From contig OZ244034.1 of NCBI GenBank assembly GCA_965215185.1, positions 704,001 to 768,000 on the forward strand: 64,000 nucleotides of DNA, given 5' to 3'. Below are positions 59,333-64,000 of this stretch, piece by piece. Source of the stretch: Acidimicrobiia bacterium (lineage in GTDB: Bacteria > Actinomycetota > Acidimicrobiia > Spongiisociales > ZC4RG35). The translations under genes and the position numbers were made by a program. Within the stretch, counting starts at the first letter, position 1. Every line of letters begins with the position of its first letter. The notes below the pieces were generated by a model, which saw only the letters and a program-made list of their open reading frames with translations, did no database searches and was not told where the DNA came from.

Positions 59333-59774
59333 CCGCTTAATGCTTCATGATCTTAAACCAGCGCCGGGCTCCCGGAAAACCCGCATTCGAGTGGGTAGGG
59401 GCGCCTCCGCCCGCCGGGGTAAGAAAGCCGGTAGGGGAACAAAGGGCACCAACGCCCGAAACAAGCTTCGTCCCGGATTCGAAGGCGGCCAGACTCCGCT
59501 TGCTCGTCGCCTGCCGAAGCTGAAAGGCTTCAAGAACCCTCACCGGGAGGAGTACGCTGTGGTGAACCTTGGCGCCCTGTCCGGTTTCGGCGATGGGACC
59601 TTGATAGACCCCCAAACTCTTCGGGAAAAGGGATTGGCAAAACGGCGAGGCAAAATAAAGATCCTGGCTGACGGAGAATTGGCGTCGGCGGTGAACGTTC
59701 AAGCCCATGCCTTCAGCGCCTCGGCCCGCCAGAAGATCGAGGCTGCCGGAGGGAAATGGGAAATAGTCAGTTGA
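59325..59774 (+). CDS. rplO: 50S ribosomal protein L15
   Basis: RVGRG, GFEGGQTPL, KIEAAGG. Confidence 0.97.
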   Translation: MSDRLMLHDLKPAPGSRKTRIRVGRGASARRGKKAGRGTKGTNARNKLRPGFEGGQTPLARRLPKLKGFKNPHREEYAVVNLGALSGFGDGTLIDPQTLREKGLAKRRGKIKILADGELASAVNVQAHAFSASARQKIEAAGGKWEIVS

Positions 59775-59808
59775 TGACGTCGGTTCCCGGGATGGCAGGG
59801 GCAAGGCG

Positions 59809-61119
59809 ATGCTGAGCATATACCGCAATATGTTCAAAGTCCCCGATCTGCGGGGCAAGATTCTCTTCACGCTCGCCATGTTCGGCGTTTATCGGCTGGG
59901 AGCGACCATTCCGGTGCCCGGAATTGATCTTGAGGCGGTGCGGGCTTTCCAGGAACAGCAGCAGGCTGGTGGAATCTACGGTCTGCTCAACCTGTTCTCA
60001 GGAGGAGCCTTGGAGCAGTTCTCGGTCTTTTCGCTGGGAATCATTCCCTACATCACTGCCTCGATCATGATGCAGCTTTTGACTGTGGTCATCCCTAAAT
60101 TACAGGCTCTGCAGGACGAGGGTGAAGCAGGACGGAAGGTGATCACTCAGTGGACCCGCTACACGACCGTGGTCCTGGCTCTCATCCAGTCGACCGGCTT
60201 CACATACCTTTTCCACGTCGGCCGCTTCACCAATGGCATCGACTTGGTGCCCAATTACACGCCGGGGCGGGTTGCCTTGATCGTGTTGACCATGACCGCC
60301 GGCACCGCCTTCGTGATGTGGCTGGGTGAGCAGATCAGCCAGCGCGGTATCGGGAACGGGATGTCGTTAATAATCTTTGTTTCCATCCTCAGTCAGTTCC
60401 CCTTTGTGTTCGGTCAGATCTGGGGACAGACGGCTGCGGTGGGATTGTTCCTCCGCTTTGTGGTCATCATCTTGGTTTTCATGGTGGTGATCGTCACCAT
60501 CATTTACGTCGATCAAGGTCAACGACGAATTCCGGTTTCTTTCGCTAAACGGGTGCGAGGTCGGCGGGTGATGGGGGGCCAGAACACCTACATTCCCCTC
60601 AAGGTGAACACCGCTGGGGTTATCCCCGTGATTTTCGCCACCTCGATGCTGCTGTTCCCCTCTCTGCTTGTCACCGCTATACCATCCGACGCAGCCTTTG
60701 TGCAGGCCCTTTATAGATGGGTGGATCAAAACCTGGGCGGAGGTGGCCGCATCAGTTGGTGGTATGTGTTGCTCCTGTTCTCGCTCATCATCTTTTTCAC
60801 CTACTTCTACAATGCCATCCAGTTTGACCCCACCAGGCAGGCGGAAATGCTGCAACGCCAGGGCGGCTTTATCCCGGGTGTGCGTCCGGGCGGTCAGACC
60901 GCTTCATTCCTGGGCAAGATTCTCAACCGGATCACCCTCCCCGGTTCGGTTTTCCTGGCCGTGATTGCGGTGTTGCCTGCTTTGGCAGGGTTGCTGTGGA
61001 ATATTCCGATCAGCTTTTCGGGAGTCTCCATCCTCATTGTGGTGGGCGTTGCCCTGGAGACGATGAAGCAGATCGAAAGCCAACTCACCATGCGCAACTA
61101 CGAAGGCTTTCTCACTTGA
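59809..61119 (+). CDS. secY: Preprotein translocase subunit SecY
   Basis: LGIIPYITASI, GIGNGMSL, AGVIPVIFA, GFIPGVRPG. Confidence 0.98.
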   Translation: MLSIYRNMFKVPDLRGKILFTLAMFGVYRLGATIPVPGIDLEAVRAFQEQQQAGGIYGLLNLFSGGALEQFSVFSLGIIPYITASIMMQLLTVVIPKLQALQDEGEAGRKVITQWTRYTTVVLALIQSTGFTYLFHVGRFTNGIDLVPNYTPGRVALIVLTMTAGTAFVMWLGEQISQRGIGNGMSLIIFVSILSQFPFVFGQIWGQTAAVGLFLRFVVIILVFMVVIVTIIYVDQGQRRIPVSFAKRVRGRRVMGGQNTYIPLKVNTAGVIPVIFATSMLLFPSLLVTAIPSDAAFVQALYRWVDQNLGGGGRISWWYVLLLFSLIIFFTYFYNAIQFDPTRQAEMLQRQGGFIPGVRPGGQTASFLGKILNRITLPGSVFLAVIAVLPALAGLLWNIPISFSGVSILIVVGVALETMKQIESQLTMRNYEGFLT

Positions 61120-61138
61120 TGATGGGAGGTCGGGATCG

Positions 61139-61681
61139 ATGAGGCTCTTACTCGTCGGCCCCCCGGGCTCAGGCAAGGGCACTCAGGCGGTGCGGGTAGC
61201 CGTGCGGATGGGCATCCCGCACATTTCCACCGGCGAGATGTTCCGTCAACACGTCTCCTTGGGAACGAAATTGGGGAAGCAGGTCAAGGCTTTGATGGAG
61301 GCCGGTGAATATGTTCCCGACGACATTACCGGGAAGATGCTGGCGCAACGTTTGACGCACTCCGATAGCTCCGAGGGGTTCATTTTGGACGGCTTTCCTC
61401 GCACCATCCCTCAAGCAGAGCTGTTGGATGACCTCTTGGGAGACAATTCCTTGGATCAAGTTGTTTCCTTGGAAGTGGACAGCGGAGATCTGATGGAGAG
61501 GATGCTGGTCCGAGGTAGAGCGGATGACACTGCCGATACGATCCGTCGGCGCCTGGAGGTCTATCACAGCCAGACCGCCCCTCTACTCGATTTCTACTCC
61601 GGTCGGGGACTGATCCAACCGATAGACGGAGCAGGCGACATCGACGAGATAACCGAGCGGATCATGGCGGTGCTTCGATGA
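61139..61681 (+). CDS. adk: Adenylate kinase (short-LID type)
   Basis: GPPGSGKGTQ, HISTG, LDGFPR, RGRADD. Confidence 0.97.
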   Translation: MRLLLVGPPGSGKGTQAVRVAVRMGIPHISTGEMFRQHVSLGTKLGKQVKALMEAGEYVPDDITGKMLAQRLTHSDSSEGFILDGFPRTIPQAELLDDLLGDNSLDQVVSLEVDSGDLMERMLVRGRADDTADTIRRRLEVYHSQTAPLLDFYSGRGLIQPIDGAGDIDEITERIMAVLR

Positions 61682-61691
61682 CGCCCTTTGC

Positions 61692-62483
61692 GTGGTCTCT
61701 TTGATCACTTTCAAGACCCCTGCCCAGTTCAAAAAGATGGAGATGGCCGGGCGCTGTGTGGCCAAGGCTCATGAGGCGATCCGTTCCGCGGTTCGTCCGG
61801 GAGTCACCACCATTGAGTTGGACCAGATGGCAGAGAAGGTGATCCGTGGCGAGGGGTGCATTCCGTCGTTCTTGGGGTATCGGGGTTTTCCCGCTTCGAT
61901 ATGCGCCTCGCCCAACGATGTGATCGTGCATGGGATTCCCAACTTTCGTCAAATGCGGTCGGGTGATCTGCTGTCCATCGACGTGGGAGCGATCTACCAG
62001 GGTTTTCATGCCGACGCGGCATTTTCGGTTGCAGTGGGAGAGATCTCTGGGGAGGCGGCCGCCCTTTGTAGCGCCGCCGAGACAGCGCTGTGGGCGGGTC
62101 TTGCCAAAGCACGTCCCGGAGGGAGGGTCGGCGATATCGGATCAGCGGTGGAGTCGGTGGCCCGCCGGGATGGCTATGGGGTGGTTGAAGGCTATGTCGG
62201 CCACGGGATCGGTCTGCAGATGCATGAGAAGCCTGAGGTTCCCAACGTGGGTCAGGCTGGTAAAGGAGTACGGCTGCGGGTGGGGATGGCGTTGTGTGTC
62301 GAGCCAATGTTCAACCTGGGAGGAGCGGCCACTCGGGTGGATCCAGATGGATGGACGGTGCGTACTGCTGACGGAAGCATTTCGGCCCATTGGGAGCACA
62401 CCGTTTGTCTCACTCCGGATGGGCCGTTGGTGACTACCTTGGCGGCTCCCGCAAATTTGCTTGAAAGATTGAACAGGTACTAA
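61692..62483 (+). CDS. map: Methionine aminopeptidase type I
   Basis: VHGIP, IDVG, HADAA, GHGIG..MHE, EPM, SAHWEHT. Confidence 0.96.
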   Translation: MVSLITFKTPAQFKKMEMAGRCVAKAHEAIRSAVRPGVTTIELDQMAEKVIRGEGCIPSFLGYRGFPASICASPNDVIVHGIPNFRQMRSGDLLSIDVGAIYQGFHADAAFSVAVGEISGEAAALCSAAETALWAGLAKARPGGRVGDIGSAVESVARRDGYGVVEGYVGHGIGLQMHEKPEVPNVGQAGKGVRLRVGMALCVEPMFNLGGAATRVDPDGWTVRTADGSISAHWEHTVCLTPDGPLVTTLAAPANLLERLNRY

Positions 62484-62513
62484 GATGTACCAAGTTGGCA
62501 CGAGAAACATCGA

Positions 62514-62735
62514 ATGACTGAAGACGATTCTGTCGTTCGGGTGCAAGGTACCGTCCTTCAAAACCTTCCGAATGCCACATTCAAGGTGGAAGTAGACGGT
62601 GGCTTGGTGGTTTTGGCTCATGTTTCGGGGAAAATGCGTATGAGATACATCCGGATTCTTCCTGGTGACCGAGTGGACCTTGAGTTGTCGGCCTACGACC
62701 CCAGCCGGGGACGAATCGTCTGGAGATACAGATGA
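62514..62735 (+). CDS. infA: Translation initiation factor IF-1
   Basis: [31 protein letters not shown]. Confidence 0.97.
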   Translation: MTEDDSVVRVQGTVLQNLPNATFKVEVDGGLVVLAHVSGKMRMRYIRILPGDRVDLELSAYDPSRGRIVWRYR

Positions 62736-62845
62736 AAGTAAAACCTTCAACTCGGAAACTGTGTGAGAAGTGCCGGATTATCCGGCGCCACGGCCGCGTG
62801 TGGGTGATTTGCGAAAACCCCCGGCACAAGCAGAGGCAAGGTTAG
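62732..62845 (+). CDS. rpmJ: 50S ribosomal protein L36 (absent from the ORF track)
   Basis: Manual translation [37 protein letters not shown]. Confidence 0.97.
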   Translation: MKVKPSTRKLCEKCRIIRRHGRVWVICENPRHKQRQG

Positions 62846-62848
62846 GGC

Positions 62849-63229
62849 ATGGCCAGAATCGCCGGTATTGACTTGCCCCGCGACAAGCGGCTGGAGATCT
62901 CTCTCACCTATATCTTCGGGCTGGGCCGTTCGCGGGCGCTGGATATCTGCGACTACATGAGAATTGACCCTGGAACCAAGGTGAGGGACCTGACCGAGGA
63001 GGAAGCCGCATCCATCCGCCGGTTCATTGACGCCAACTACCAGGTGGAAGGGGACCTGCGGCGCCAGATCAGTCAGGACATCCGCCGCAAGACCGAAATC
63101 AGTTGCTATCAAGGTGTCAGGCATCGTCGGGGGCTGCCCGTGCGCGGACAGCGAACCCATACCAACGGTCGGACCCGCAAAGGTAGACGGATAGCGATTG
63201 CTGGCAAGAAAAAAGTCGGCAAGCACTAA
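62849..63229 (+). CDS. rpsM: 30S ribosomal protein S13
   Basis: [28 protein letters not shown]. Confidence 0.98.
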   Translation: MARIAGIDLPRDKRLEISLTYIFGLGRSRALDICDYMRIDPGTKVRDLTEEEAASIRRFIDANYQVEGDLRRQISQDIRRKTEISCYQGVRHRRGLPVRGQRTHTNGRTRKGRRIAIAGKKKVGKH

Positions 63230-63238
63230 AGGACGGAA

Positions 63239-63634
63239 ATGGCTGCCAGAGGACCGCAAAAACGGGTGCGTCGACGTGAGCGCAAGAACATTTCTCACGC
63301 CAAGGCGCACATCAAAGCGAGTTTCAACAACACCATCATCAACATCACCGACCAGCAGGGCAACACGATCGTGTGGACGTCCGGTGGCTCGGTGGGATTC
63401 AAGGGTTCCCGCAAATCCACTCCCTACGCCGCCCAATTGGCGGCAGAGGAAGCGGCACGCCAGGCCGGGGAACACGGTGTAAGAAAAATCGAGGTGATAA
63501 TCAGCGGGACTGGTCCGGGTAAGGATGCGTGGCGGACTCTTCAGCATATGGGTCTTGAGGTTTCCGGTTCACCCCGCGACGCCACCCCCACCGTTCACAA
63601 CGGCTGTCGCCCCAAGAAGCGGAGGAGAGGCTGA
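63239..63634 (+). CDS. rpsK: 30S ribosomal protein S11
   Basis: [27 protein letters not shown]. Confidence 0.98.
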   Translation: MAARGPQKRVRRRERKNISHAKAHIKASFNNTIINITDQQGNTIVWTSGGSVGFKGSRKSTPYAAQLAAEEAARQAGEHGVRKIEVIISGTGPGKDAWRTLQHMGLEVSGSPRDATPTVHNGCRPKKRRRG

Positions 63635-64000
63635 TGGCGCGATACACCGGTCCCCGTCACAAAGCGTGTCGCCGGGCGCGTCAGGCAATCTGCCAGTCGC
63701 GCAAGTGCCCGGTCGAGCGCCGCCCCTATCCACCCGGTGAGCACGGGCGTCGGCGGATCAGGGAGAGCGATTATCTGATCCGTCTTCGGGAGAAGCAAAA
63801 GCTCCGGGCGATGTACGGAGTATTGGAAAGGCAGTTCCGTGGTTATTACAAGAAGGCCGACCGCGGTGAGGGAATCACCGGGGAAAGTCTGCTCAGGCTC
63901 TTGGAATTGCGCCTCGACAACATAGTGTGGCGTTCCGGCATGGCCGCCACCCGGGCGCAGGCCCGTCAGTTGGTCAACCACGGGCATTTCTCAGTTAATG
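63634..64000 (+). CDS. rpsD: 30S ribosomal protein S4, N-terminal part (runs off the window)
   Basis: Manual translation MARYTGP...YPPGEHG...LREKQK...YGVLERQF...LELRLDN...ARQLVNHGH. Confidence 0.97.
   Translation, partial: MARYTGPRHKACRRARQAICQSRKCPVERRPYPPGEHGRRRIRESDYLIRLREKQKLRAMYGVLERQFRGYYKKADRGEGITGESLLRLLELRLDNIVWRSGMAATRAQARQLVNHGHFSVN

Overview
High-GC bacterial chromosome segment; gene order and protein motifs point to Actinomycetota, probably Acidimicrobiia (inference). It is mostly core genome on the + strand. Layout: metK(partial)-priA-def-fmt-rpe-ribD-ribE-ribBA; a ~12.5 kb mostly minus-strand accessory block (amidohydrolases, Zn-ADH-like, DUF1059-like, VOC, LLM, Fic, a decayed membrane gene, hbd, SAF-domain and FAD oxidoreductases); leuS; a short decayed patch; holA, rpsT, lepA-hemW-hrcA-dnaJ-HIT-phoH-7TM/HDIG-ybeY-CBS-era; pyc, icd, nadA-nadC, a GT2; then the str, S10, spc and alpha ribosomal clusters up to a partial rpsD. 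I saw no rRNA, tRNA, CRISPR array or intact mobile element. The outstanding anomaly is tuf (49313-50503). Read codon by codon, 389 of its first 390 codons end in G or T and every Leu is TTG. At ~50485 the bias flips abruptly to a 35-nt G-free A/C tract. The bias also appears to reach the EF-Tu protein, and the neighbouring codons look AT-enriched. This suggests a locus-restricted, strand-specific C>T / A>G process, possibly tied to recombination or gene conversion between tuf copies; an assembly artefact cannot be excluded from sequence alone. Secondary points: a mucin-like stalk plus SdrD-B-like domain inserted in a 7TM-HDIG sensor, several usual operon members missing (rsmB, ribH, comEA/EC, rsmE, recO, nadB), three pseudogene remnants, a 3x36-bp repeat in rpsC, and RpsL R88. 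All counts were made by hand.
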